From positions 372,001 to 436,000 of the forward strand of contig CM102288.1 of the NCBI GenBank assembly GCA_046563655.1: DNA of 64,000 bases, given 5' to 3'. The notes under the pieces are model-generated. The model was not told the DNA's origin. It did no database searches and was given only the letters and a program-made list of their open reading frames with translations. Below, piece after piece: positions 49,801-61,700 of this stretch. A program made the position numbers and the translations under genes. This DNA is from Yuukianura sp. NJ FZ-2021 (lineage: Eukaryota). Position 1 is the first letter of the stretch. Every line of letters begins with the position of its first letter.

Positions 49801-52800
49801 ACTCATCTTTCTTTCCACTGGCGCCGACCGAAGCGAAGTACGCAATTACCTTCTTCGTGTTTTCAGTTTTCCCAGCTCCAGATTCACCTCTGTCATAGAG
49901 TAAACAATTTTAATTAAACTTTGTCCAATCAACTTCATCAAACAGATTGTTAATTAATTTAATTAGCGGCAAACTAAATTTTACGACTCAATTCTCCATT
50001 TTCTAAAATCCTTTGTTTATTTTACAAGTCTCACTTTTTGAAAAGGGCGGGAAATTGCACTGCTAAATTCAAATTTCGCGCCCTGAATTCAAATTTTTCC
50101 TTCCTGCGTTTTGATTGGCTGACCGTTGGGCTTGCGCTTTACATTTGTTGTTACTGTCATTTTTTTCTTCCTTTGTTCTTGTTTTCATTTTTTTTTATTG
50201 TGCTTTGTTTTCATTTGGACAGTTGGGATTTTCAAGTTTGTATTCGTTTCAGTGCTGCTTGTTTTACGTTAACAGGGGTCATAATTAGTGTTAAAATTCA
50301 AAAACTGGTAAGTTTATGTGTTACTTACGTGATCAACATGGACTGGTTCTCGTGATCTGAAAGATTTCAAACACAGTTACGTCAATCATCAGTCATCAAC
50401 TCATCAACTAAAGGGCTGTTGCAGGAATGGATCACCTTGTCTAACGTAGTAAGTAAGGTGTGACGAAGACGATTGATGATTCGAGAGCTACGCTAACGCA
50501 TTGATATTGATTGACATTTGTGTTTTGTCGTCGTGTCATAATGGACACGCCTCTCTTTGTCCTGGCTTCCTTAACTCCTTCCTTTCGTCTAACAATTCTA
50601 CCCTGTCATGAAAGCTAACGATTCTTAGTCATTGACAGCAGGAATTCGGAGGATATATCGTTGTATGAAACGGGCAGAGTGAAAACGTATTAAAAACGTT
50701 TTGTAAATCAGTGTCAAATGTTTTACTAAAAGAATATCGTTTTCTAGGCTGCTGTAGCTGAAATACCCGGGATTCATGAAGGATTCTTCTGTTATGAAAT
50801 GAGAATATGCGGATTTTGGCATGGAATCAGTGCATTAGAGTTGCAAACTCCATTTTCCCTTGAGATTAGAAGTAACGATGAGCCAGAGACTGGATCCCTT
50901 CAGTTTCCGTATGTCTCTACTGCTCAATAACTGAATATCTGCGTATCTTGGAGGGATAGACTTCATTCAACAAGGAAGGAATGCTAATACGGATTTTCTT
51001 TTTTTCTGGATTGAAATCCGAATTCGGAGATTGAAATTTACTTTGCTCTTTAATACCCGGTCGTTTCCGTAATGCTCGTGGTGCTAACTTACGCTCTCAG
51101 TGCGTCTAGCTGGGTGCTGTGAAGCAGTTGAAGAAGAATGGAGATGGCAAAGTGCCAAAAGCGAAATCAAAAGGAGTGAGCACCACGATTTATTTTGGGA
51201 AACAGCATAGCCATTTATGGACACGTGCCCTATCTTCTCTACTTTCTTTTTTAAAATCCTCATGTTCAAATGGACTAATCTGTAAACTAAACTTCCAAAA
51301 GTTCTGCACGACCAACTTAAGTTAAAGGGAACCGTGGGAGGCTAAAAGTACAAACAAAACAAACGAACGGAAAATGAAATGCGAACTCAAATTAATTCAA
51401 TCGTTTTTCTAAATTAGGATTTATGTTTTGTCATGTTCAAAACCTAGGTTTTAAAAATTCTGGGAATTTTAGACTCTGGTTGCGCATTGCTTGATTCCTG
51501 ATGTTTCTGGTTTATGTTTTTGCCAAGAACTTTAACAAATTTTGACTAAATTCCTCTACTGTTTAGAATTTAATCACAATATTCACCTGAAATTTATTTT
51601 GAAATTGTATACTTTTTTGTTTTTCAGATTTCAAAAAAGGTGCCATTTGAAAAAATACTGCGTCCTTCTATGTTCTGTTCACCGTGTTCCAGCTCCGCTC
51701 CTTCTGTCAAACCGCTTACATGAAGTATTGAATGCAAGTTGAACTTGGGCTACAACTACGGGTAACTGAACTTCAAAATTTATCTAGAAATGTATCTTTG
51801 CATTTGAAATTATCTCAACTTATCCTGCTGTTATCCCCAAGGTGTGAAAATTCGGGGGAAATTCTTGTTAGCTCTTCCGCCTGTGACATGTCTGATATGA
51901 GGCGAGATGATTAATGTTTTAAGTGTGAAATGTGTGGGTGTGTCACTGTCATCACTGTTGGCTGTAGATAGTGTTATAAAGTGTTAATTTCTTAATCAAA
52001 TTGTGTCACTTACTCGTAAGCATGTCAGAGTAGGCTCCATCAGAAATTGCAAAAAGATGCGGCGGAACTTCATTTCGCCTGCGTCCCTTGTAGATTTGGA
52101 TCACACGGTTCGTGTAGATGGGGTAACGCTTGTACGGATTGATAGCGACGCAGAACAAGCCAGAGTAGGTCTACGAATTCAATTTTCAAAATCATATTAA
52201 CTTTTTTCTCAAAATTTTGAGCTAAAACAATTTTGGACCAGTTTTTTTCAAGTTTGCATAATGATTTTGTAAAAACTTTTTTCATGTTTTTTTTTCTGAG
52301 GTAGATGATTAATCGGATCTCAAAATCGGATCGATTACTCTAAAGTCTGAAACAACTTTTTCCTGTTGCTGGATTTTAAAAACCGGGTAACGAGAAAATT
52401 CGGGAGAATTTGAGCTGTGACGAAAATAGTTGGCTAGGGATTCTGTTCCTCCAAGGCTATACATAGACACTCATTTATTTCTCATAGTCTTTTTTAAAAA
52501 AAGTTCCTCCGTCTTTGTTCTAAAAAGTCTAGAGTCAACATTTTCAAAATGAGAAACAGGAATAGAAATTTCTGTTACACTCGGTTTCATAGAATGTTGA
52601 AATTATTAAACTTTTGAGAGCCTTTTACTAAAAAGTTTTAAATAGACAAACTCATTTTGCAAACTTTCAAAAACTATAAAGACAAAAGAGGTCAAAGAGT
52701 ACAGTACTCAATTAATTGGAAATTAAGAGCATTATTGCATAATAACTCTGGAAAAACTTTGATGCAGTTTCAACATTTCTGTTCCAAAATTATCCAGAGG

Positions 52801-54268
52801 TGAAATTTTAAAACAAATATTTGAAAGGAAGTGAAAGATTCTTTGAACTTTTTTGTCCTCTCATCATAGATCCTTTTTTTTTCATAGTATTTCTATAATA
52901 CAAAAATGTTTAGGATTTCAAAATCTGGGTTTTGAAATTGACCCATCAAGGTTAGGGTTAACTTTTTGAAGTAAATAACCTAAAGTAATCGAACTTCGAC
53001 AACGAAGACGACATTGCTATGTACACAGTACACATCAAGTGATTTTTCCAAAAACCAATTCAAAATACTACAAAAACCGGTGTCTCTTTAGTTGACACTT
53101 TGATGATTTGTGCTTATAAGGACCGTTCTGTAGGCCAAAGCATTACAAAAGCCGTGCAAAAAGTTTCAGAAAAAGTTGAAAATGTTAGATTTATTAGTTA
53201 GTTGTGTTGGTTTTGATCATGTTGAGAAGGTAATTTGGAAAACAAAATGAAAATGCTGAGGAATTTTTAAATTTTAAATTAAATTATTATAATGTTAATG
53301 TTAGTTTTTGTGCTTAGGGTGTCACGGTTTTGTATTAGCCCAACGTTAGTGTTTGAAAAACGGGAAATGCAAATAGGAAAACAAAAAAAAAGTTTTTGAA
53401 AAGTGTGAAATTTAAAAAATAATAGAATGCTTAGCTGCGTTGCGGCTCCTGCGGTGTTAACTTACGTAGATTAGTTTTGTGTAATAACGTTGTTTCAAGT
53501 TATGAAGTACGGAAGCATCATTGAGGTAGGTGAGGTTGCTCATATCCTCACATTTTTCGTACTTCGGTGGATTCACTTGTGATACCAGTTCTTTCTTATA
53601 CGTCTTCTCCTGTTGAAGGTCAAAAGGTCAAAAATAGAAACAAGAGGTCAACTCACGTAGATTAGCCTAGCGTAGTAACGCTGTTTGAGATTGTGCAACA
53701 CCGAGGCGTCGCTCAAGTACGTCATGTCAGCCATGTCCTCAATTTTCTCAAATTTAGGCGGATTCACTTGGGCTAGCAAATCCTTCTTTACGGTCTTCTC
53801 CTACATTCCACCACGTTCAAAGTTTCAAAAATCCATTTCAAAAATATCAAAAAATCAAAATTTTTAAAATGAACCCGGAACTGGAACTTCAAAATCAATT
53901 AAAAATTGAGCAAAAATCCAAAGAGAAAAAAGTAAACGGCGGATAAATATCGCACTAATTCATATAAGTATAGATAATGCACCATGAAATCTCAAATTAT
54001 GAAACTTTTTAATTTTTTTTTTGAAATTTTTTTTTTTTAGAAATTTTTGAAATTTTCGTACCTCTCCGCCGGGAATTCCGACGGTGACGAGATCTCCCTT
54101 CGTTCCTCGAATTTCTCCGAGGACGAATCCTTCCTTGTCGTCCGGAACCCAGCAAGCTTTCTTGGCATCGTACGGCTTCGTCTGGTCAATCCGCTTCTGT
54201 TCCAACGACACGAACAGGTATTCCGTCGGATCCGGATCCGGACCGACCGACTTCTTCTCTATGACCAT
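37818..54268 (-). CDS. Mhc: Muscle myosin II heavy chain, complete gene with mutually exclusive exon clusters
   Basis: ATG 54268 ([19 protein letters not shown]). Constitutive exons 54268-54062, 52170-52014, 50356-50329, 49889-49793 (GESGAGKT), 49720-49688, 49582-49523 (NDNSSRF), 49436-49373, 49288-49190, 48386-48249, 48161-48042, 47958-47809 (DIAGFE), 47737-47567, 47480-47301, 47238-47082, 45983-45896, 45791-45674, 44608-44472, 44410-44284, 43292-43083, 42020-41748, 41677-41375, 41225-40393, 40312-39949, 39877-39197, 39111-39024, 38963-38611, 38546-38394, 37928-37818. Phases checked. Confidence 0.98.
38181..38248 (-). CDS. Mhc: Mhc cassette tailpiece exon (alternative C-terminus [12 protein letters not shown])
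   Basis: tctttgtag| acceptor, in-frame TAG at 38212-38210, |gtaagc donor. Positionally analogous to Drosophila exon 18. Confidence 0.8.
42700..42764. repeat. Near-perfect palindrome/hairpin in an Mhc rod intron
   Basis: aagctttttaggggtgaaagtc-c-gactttcacccctaaaaagctt (22-bp perfect arms), extended by cctgcaaa..tttgcagg. Confidence 0.9.
43293..43364 (-). CDS. Candidate unique N-terminus of a headless myosin-rod isoform
   Basis: Intronic ATG at 43364 gives [24 protein letters not shown], contiguous and in frame with the rod exon starting KLEEKAVK. Confidence 0.6.
44906..45023 (-). CDS. Mhc: Mhc converter exon variant b (mutually exclusive)
   Basis: 118 nt, [39 protein letters not shown]; ttgaag acceptor and GC donor (aag|gcaatt). 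Confidence 0.93.
45318..45435 (-). CDS. Mhc: Mhc converter exon variant a (mutually exclusive)
   Basis: 118 nt, [39 protein letters not shown]; ttgaag acceptor and GC donor (aag|gcacgt). Confidence 0.93.
46357..46385 (-). CDS. Mhc: Candidate third, shortened Mhc loop-2 exon ([10 protein letters not shown])
   Basis: 29 nt, correct phase 1->0, ttgaag acceptor, GC donor. Its 3' end plus donor (tcattctaccgg|gcacaac) is a 17/19 copy of variant b (tcatcctaccgg|gtacaac). Confidence 0.5.
46509..46561 (-). CDS. Mhc: Mhc loop-2 exon variant b
   Basis: 53 nt, [18 protein letters not shown]; ttcag| acceptor and |gtacaa donor. Confidence 0.93.
46809..46861 (-). CDS. Mhc: Mhc loop-2 exon variant a
   Basis: 53 nt, [18 protein letters not shown]; aaaag| acceptor and |gtaatt donor. 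Confidence 0.93.
48609..48712 (-). CDS. Mhc: Mhc exon-7-type variant b
   Basis: 104 nt, [35 protein letters not shown]. Confidence 0.95.
48952..49055 (-). CDS. Mhc: Mhc exon-7-type variant a
   Basis: 104 nt, [35 protein letters not shown]. Confidence 0.95.
53466..53609 (-). CDS. Mhc: Mhc exon-3-type variant b
   Basis: 144 nt, [48 protein letters not shown]. Confidence 0.95.
53657..53800 (-). CDS. Mhc: Mhc exon-3-type variant a
   Basis: 144 nt, [48 protein letters not shown]. Confidence 0.95.
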
Positions 54269-55069
54269 AGTGTTGGTGGGTTCAAGTGGGGCGGTGGCTC
54301 AGGTCACTTGGTGGGGCACAACGATTGAGAGCGACAGACAGAAAGTGAACAGCACTCGAGGGAAATTTGAACAGCCCTGGAGCTTTCCTTGAGAAAGAAC
54401 AAACAGAATTTGAAATTAAGATTAAGGAGAATCCGCTTTTAGACCAGCCGCAACCATGAGATTACACTTCCTCAGTTTTTAAAAAAGAGACGCTTTGAGT
54501 TGAGCCCAGGGATGGTGCGAAGTGCTAAAGCTAAAAATACACTTCCGCAAAATGAATTCCTTTTCACTTTCAAATGAAATTTCAAAAAAAAAATCTTAGT
54601 TTTTTTTTCTTTCTCTGTTGCCGGCTAAATTTTTCTAATTTTTCAGGAAAAAAATGAGTTTATCGTGGGAAGTTCAGGAGAAATTTTGATTGTGAAAAAT
54701 TGGAATATGAAGAAATTCCCCACTTCAAGTTTCTTCTCAAAGATTTTCAGATTTTCAATTTTTAGTTTTTGGAAAAGTTAAGTGTTAAACTAAACTGAAT
54801 TTTGAAAATACGCAATTTCAGGGAATTTGAAAGTTTATGGATTTAGATTTTTAGATTGTCGGATTTCGCGAATTAGGTCTTCCGGGACCTCTGATTTCCT
54901 TGAAGCTCGTAAAATTTTGGAATTTTAATTTCCGTTTTAAAAAAACTGAAACACCAAAACCACTTGCGGAATTTTTAAAAAACTTTTGAAGAAAGCGTGC
55001 TGGGCTGATCTCAAAACCAAGATGGCTGCTGACGCTTTAACTAAAGACTAGAACTTAGGTAGTACTTAC

Positions 55070-55130
55070 TGGATCGAAAGCTGTTCTGAGACTCAGAACG
55101 GAAGTGAAAACGGATTTTAACAGTTCGTCT
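55070..55130 (-). other. Mhc: Probable non-coding first exon of Mhc (5' limit uncertain)
   Basis: Minus-strand donor cca|gtaagt at 55069, with matching acceptor ttctttctcaag| at 54387 upstream of the ATG. Confidence 0.55.
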
Positions 55131-55769
55131 CTTCAAAGTTTTTAGAATTTTTCCATTTGAGCTCCTAGTTCTAAAAACCGAAGTTGGACGAACCTGCCGA
55201 ACAGTGTAGGAGAGTTTAAAATTGGTTAGTGGAATCTCGTCATTCTTCTAAAACCCAAAGGTTTGAGCCTGTATACAATTTCTACGGAGACTTCGGGCCA
55301 TTTTTGGGACAATCGGCACTCTGCCAAGAAACTAAAAGTATTCTAGCCTCCTAGAATTCTTAGACCTTAGAACTTTAGAACCGCAGGAAGCAGAGTTAGC
55401 AGCAAGGTTTTAAAACCAGAAAGTGACTTGATATATTCCCTTCTCGTTAGATAATGTTCGCTACTAGAAAAGAAATAATTTAGGACGCACGTCTTCTACA
55501 TTTCCAACGAAAACGAAAAAAAAGAGAAGTTTTTAGTTTTTACACCTCCCAGCTCCCTCGAGTCGCGTCGCCTTTCAGGAATTCGGTTCTCTATTTTCGG
55601 TCTCAGGAGATTCGGTCTCTGGATCTCCTTGAGCTTTTGGCTTTTCTTTTATTATACTTTTCATAAAGTAGTTTTAGACTTTACAAACTTCCGTTCATTC
55701 TCTCTTTTTGTTGATGCAGTTTATGAAACTGAAAAACTGTTTTTTCTGTTTTTTCAGCACATTTTGAAA

Positions 55770-58700
55770 ATGGACGTTTCGTCAACTCCGTCTGACGGAT
55801 CGTCGTCGTCTTTTCCGCTCAAAATTGAGCTGGACCAAGATCAATCATTTTCACTTCCAGGAACGCAAGAAACACTTTGGTCAATGCCATGCTCTGCAGT
55901 TAGCTCAGTTTTGATGAGAGTTCTGGATACACAAGAAATATTATCGCAAGTGGATTGTTTCAGGAAACTGACAGAGTGGATGCGCATGTCTGCAGAACCG
56001 AGCGCAGACGCTGAAGCGTCCCAGCGATCCGAAGTTTCCGGAACGGAGCATGTTAGGACCGAAATCGTCTCGAATTTGAAAGAAATTGTTCCGGAAATGA
56101 CACAAATTTTTAATGAAACAGAAAGCGACAATGAGGATTCACTACTCACCGTTTTAGGTAAAAAAAATTTTGCGAAAAACTTTTTTTTTGAAGAATTTTT
56201 GACAAATCGCTGTTTTTTGTAATGAGGCGCTGATTTGAACGTTTGGTTGCTCAGATTTTTGTCACGTTCTGTATGGAGACGTGACCGCCGTGACGAAGAC
56301 GCTTTACTTGTACCATGGAGCTGGAACGGCTTTCTTTGCTTCCTTTCGTACTTTGCTGGATCGTGGTCGTTTGTGTGTTAAGGTACTTTTGTCTCCAAAG
56401 GAAAACTAAATTCAATTAGTTAATTGAATTGCAATTAAACAACTATTTAATGGCTTTTGAATTGTGTTTTTAGGAACAGACGCTCAAAGTTATACTCCAA
56501 ATGGTTCAAACGTACCACAAAAATGGAAAGTTCGAGTCAACCGAATCTCCACCAATTCTTGAGTTTATTCTGAGTGCTGACTTGGACAGTTATTTCATCA
56601 ACTGTCTCCACTTGAACCAAAAACCAATGTTCAAGTATAAAAAAACTCGATTTTCATAAAATTCATAAAATTTCGAAAATTTACTAGCAATAAGTTTGTT
56701 CCTATTTTGCAGTGATGTGATTGAGATCTTCCAAATCCTGCTGGGCATTCCTAGTTTTCCAAAAGACAGAATCCAGACTACGCTGGACCGAAGTCTGCGT
56801 GTAGCTCATCTCATAATTACTGAAGATGGAGTCGACAGAGACAAATTCTTTCATTTTGTGTGGAAGGCTTTTGAAACATGGTAAAAGTACTAAAAGAAGG
56901 CAACTTCAGTACTTTTTACTACAATATTTGATGTTTGCACTTAATTTGATGACATTTTTTGATGTTTTCCCAGGGATCCTGTCCTGCCTCTGCCTTTTGA
57001 AGTTCGGATAATGGCGCTCTTTGAATCTCTGCTCTTCAGAACTTCGACTGAACCGGAAGATCAAATATGTGTCCACTTTGCACAATTTGTGAACATCGTG
57101 ATTAAAAGTGATGACATTCTGAGGCGAGTGAGAGAACAAGGGTCGCTGGACTTGTTCATCAAGCTACTCAAAATTCAAAAGATACGAGAAGCCTTTGGTA
57201 AAATTCAATTTCTGAAACGTAAAAGCTGATGAAGTTTGTGAATTGGGATTACGAAATATCTTTTTCTTTCATTTTAGCTTCAATCCTCCTCGAGAGCAAC
57301 GAATTCGTAAAATTTTTGGACGAAAGTTTAATATTTTCGGACGCTTTGACTGAGGAAGTGCCTTTAGAAGAATTCGAAATTGCAATTTGCCTAATGGAAA
57401 TCGCCAGGATTGGAAATTACACCGGAAATGAAATGATAGTAAGGAAAGACTTTTACAAAGTTCTGCTTTTGGAAAATATTAAGGTCTCGTTAGATAATTT
57501 CAAAAAAAGTGTAGAATAGCAAACTCGGTTTGTAACTTTACAGGTAAGCAAATGGCAAAATTTTAGGATTGTTAGGTTAGGCTATTACCTAAGAATGTGA
57601 ATTTTTTTTTTTCGAATTTTGAGAAATCTTAATTTAATTTTTTATTTATGAATTGGAGGGTGAAAATGAAAATGGAGTTGACGATTTTAGTTTTTATGTT
57701 GATCATGATTTGAGAATTGTGTTTATAATCCAAAATTGTACGAAAGCAGTGTTAAGCAGGGGATAAACAAGTGAAAAGCTGTTTGAAATCCTGTTGTTTC
57801 TCATTAGAAGAGGATAGGATGGTTTGTTTAATTTCCCTAATGGGGATTGGGTTCCAGTTAGGTTAGATTTTGTTCTGTTTACATTAGGTAACATGAGAAA
57901 GTGAGTTAAGCATATGCACAGTTCGACACACACAGTTAGCCTTCCTTCCTCAACAGTTGTAATAACCAAATGTAAAATTTATGAGGTGAGGAGAAAGGAG
58001 AGTGAAAGCAGAGATTCCGTTCAACCGTGCTCCTTTTTCTTAACTACTCCCGTGGTTTGTTTACTCAAGAACAAAAGTTGGATTTTATGATGATGATTCA
58101 GTGCTTGGAAGTCTTAATTTAAATTCTAACTTTCTCCCGGAGAAAGTTGAGGAAGTCCATTATGAACCTATCAATAATTCACGGCAGGGAACAGGAACTC
58201 TGGACCTCCTCAGAGTCTTTCGGTTTCCAGTTCTTACAACTTTCTTTAAGAATCTTTAATCTTGTCGTAGTTTTAAAATAAACTTGGAAAACAAAAGTTT
58301 CAGTTTCAGCCTGGTTTTTGAAACTTTTCAAAAGAATTTTTTTGGTTTTTAAAGAAAACTTTGTTTTAAGAAATGCAGTTCCGCGGAGACTGTAAAGTTT
58401 CTAAACGGTGTGGTTTAGCCCTGTTTTAAATTTAAAGGGAAATTGTTACAGAAAACTGTAGAGATGAGGGAGGTACTTGTGAGAGCAAATGTAAATCACC
58501 TGAGGACGTAATGTTGTGGTGTTTCGAATTTGTAAAATTTCAGAAAAAGGAAATTTTCGAAATTTTAAAAAAGTTTTCATATTTAATTTTGGTTTGTATT
58601 TCAGTGTACAGAAAGGATCCAGTTGGACTTGAGTCAACTTGCAGTTTTTTTGATGGATTTACCTTTGACCTGCTTGAAACACACGCTACCGCCTGTACTT

Positions 58701-61700
58701 GCCTTCTTCACTGCAAATCTGAAAGATAATTTCCAGAATCCTCTTGTCAAAGTGAGTTAAAACTTCAATTGCGTGAAATTTAGTTTATAAGTTTACATAA
58801 ATTATAACAAAATAGTTCAAAAAATTTATGTTACTTAAATTTTCTAGGTCATGGGATTAGAAACGCCGAATGGAAAGCGTATGATTTCCGATGCCATGAA
58901 CCAAATTGAAATCGTTCTTCAGAATTTTGGATTCCGTACTTCCGTAAGGCTAAATTTTTCTTAACTTTCTCTTTTTGCGATTGTACGATTTTTGGTTCCG
59001 TTTTCCCCTTGAATTTGATGTTCTTTGGCTCCAATTTTTGTTTTGAATTTTCGCCTCTTCTGTTCAATTTCAATTTCTTGTAAAAGTTATCTTCATGCGT
59101 TGGTGCGTTTTTCGAAGGCTGTTTTGGCTCTCTCTTTTTTTGGTTTCAGTATTTTTTTTTGGTTTCGTTTTGGCTTTTCACTTTTTGTTTATCGTCCATG
59201 CTCCGTCATTGACAGATCCAGAAGGAGAAGAGGACTTTGGTTGAGTGACCTACTGGTCTTGTGTTGAACTGTCTCCAGAACAAGTGATTTATGACACGGT
59301 AGCTCCATTGTGAACACCTTCTCTCCTGCTGAGCATGATTCATTGCATCTTCCCTCCGTGGTGAAAGGAACAGGGAAAACTTTCTCCATTTTACTTTTAC
59401 TTTTTGCACGTTCCCGCTTTTTACAACTGTCAGCACCACCACCACCTTCCAGGAGTAATTTAAGCCACACTTTAAATTATACCTCACCCACTTTCTCCCT
59501 TGTTTTATCCTTTCTCCACACAAAATGGGTTTTCCCAACACAATTTGACATAAGAACGGAGTCAAAAAAAGTTTCAACCTAGAACTAGAATTGAAGCTTT
59601 GTCAAAGTACAAGAGCGGTCAAAGTTTTTAGAATTATGGACTTCGGAGTAAGAGTGCCAGAAGTTTCGTTTTAACTGTTGTGTACAAAAGCCAGTTTTTT
59701 GGTTCATGCTGTACATCTCGTTTTGTTTTATGAAGGTCCCCAGCACTGGTTAATGTTGATTCTTTTCAAAATCCTTGTTCTGTTTTACTTTTTTACTTTT
59801 TTTTTGAGAGTGAAAGTGCGTGTAAGTGCCAAAACTTTTTATGATTTCTGTGCCGGTTGCTGGTTTGAACGGCGGAATGTTGAAAACTGGACAAAATGGC
59901 CGGGGTTTTATTTGTTTTCATTAATTAATGACTGGAATTTATGACAGGGCAGCTCAGTTGGTAACCTAATAGGTTATGTTAGACTAGCCTAACTTAGGTT
60001 ATGATGGAGCTTCTGCGGCAGCCATTATGGAAAGGCCTTTTGAACTTATTTGGTTCGTGTTTGGAAACGATGAGAGACTTGGGCAGTACTTTAATGACTC
60101 TTTCCTCTGTCGTTTTGTTACTGTCATGAATAATTTATGGTTCGTGTGAGAGCTACTACGGTCGTTTTAATACTAAACCACTGCATTTCCATTTGATTTT
60201 CACTCTAAAATGACTCAATGAGCAAAGGTCATTAGGGCAAATTGGGGTCACAGGAGTTAACAGAATGCAAAGCCGATTTCTGCAGAGGATTTGAAATTTT
60301 GAAATTTCTTGAGTAAAAAAATCTTTTGTTTTGTGGTTTCAGTTGACAGAGGATGAAGATGAAATGATGTGGGAGACTTTAGTGGAAATTCAGAATTTTG
60401 CGGTAAGGCAACGCCAACTGGCAGCGGAAGAAAAGGAGACGACGATTCCAAATTTTTTTGAAAATTATTTTGGAAAATTGTCTACTCAGTACTTTCTCCA
60501 TTCCTTTTTGAGCTATACGACAGCTTTAAAAGCTCCTGCTACCAGTTTCGTCTACTTGCACTTCTACATTGAACTTCTTACTCAAAACAAGGTAAGACCA
60601 CCAAACATCTATTATACTAATGAGAATGTGTAATTCCACGATTGCGAAATTTTTTTTTCGATCAATGCGGATTGTCCAAAAAATTGCTTAAAAAATTTTA
60701 TTTGTGGATCCGAAAAATCTTGGGTCCGGTTTGCAACTTTTCAGAAAAGATTTTTTTGGTGAGAATGTTTTGCCTTTAGCATGTTTTGTAGTGTTTTTGA
60801 ACTTTTCGAAAATGAAGTGAAGGAGGTGGGATTCAAATTCAAAAACCTTATTAGTAATTGGAAAGTTGTTTGAAGTCAAACTCCAAAAGTTACAGTCCAT
60901 ACAGGATCATTTTGCATCAAAACTTTCACTTTTTGTGAAGTTTCACCTTCCACCTTTCAAACTTTTTAGCCTATTCACCAACATTTCCAACTTTGAAGTT
61001 AAAATTACATTATGGCATAAACAAAACAAAGTGAAAGTCAAAACTAAGAAATTTCATTTTCTGTGGTACTTTTGACTTTGACTTTTCTGAAGTTATACTA
61101 AACTTTGAACCTGCTTGGACTGTATTACATTTATCATGGGTTTCTCCTAGTCCCGGAACTTTTTTAATTTTTATATACTAACTCTGCATGCCCTCATCTT
61201 GCTTTTGGCTGTTCCCTTTTAATAATTAAGATACTTTTAAGGACTACTGAATCTGAAAGAAATTTTAAAACTTAAGAAAGTAGATTTTAAAAGTTAGAAT
61301 TTTGGATGGTTTTTAAGCCTTTGGAGCTTTTCTGCCTTTTAAGCAGACCTTTCAGCCTCACTCCCCCTTTTATTAATTAATCACACTCAAATTAATTGAA
61401 AATGGAAACTTTTTAATTATGTTGTTTAGAACAAATCATGAACACGCTGAACAGCTAAGGCTTCATTTCCTAACTTGCATATTTACTTCCTCCATGCGGT
61501 AAAACCTTGTTGAACTTTTTTAAGTGAAAGTTGAAACCATTTTTTCGTTTTGTCAACAATTTGCTGAAGGGAGAACCTGAGAATGGTTGAATCGACTGTT
61601 TTTTGCTTAGACGCAATTGAAGTTGAGCGTTTTACGTTTGAACTAATTGAATGTCGCTTGCTTTGGTTTAGAATTGACGTTGAATGTCTTACTGCAACTA

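Noticed and set aside
32156..54268. Functional 'muscle cluster' (actin exporter, complex I subunit, myosin, calpain)
   Set aside because: Adjacency in a compact genome needs no functional explanation without synteny or co-expression data.
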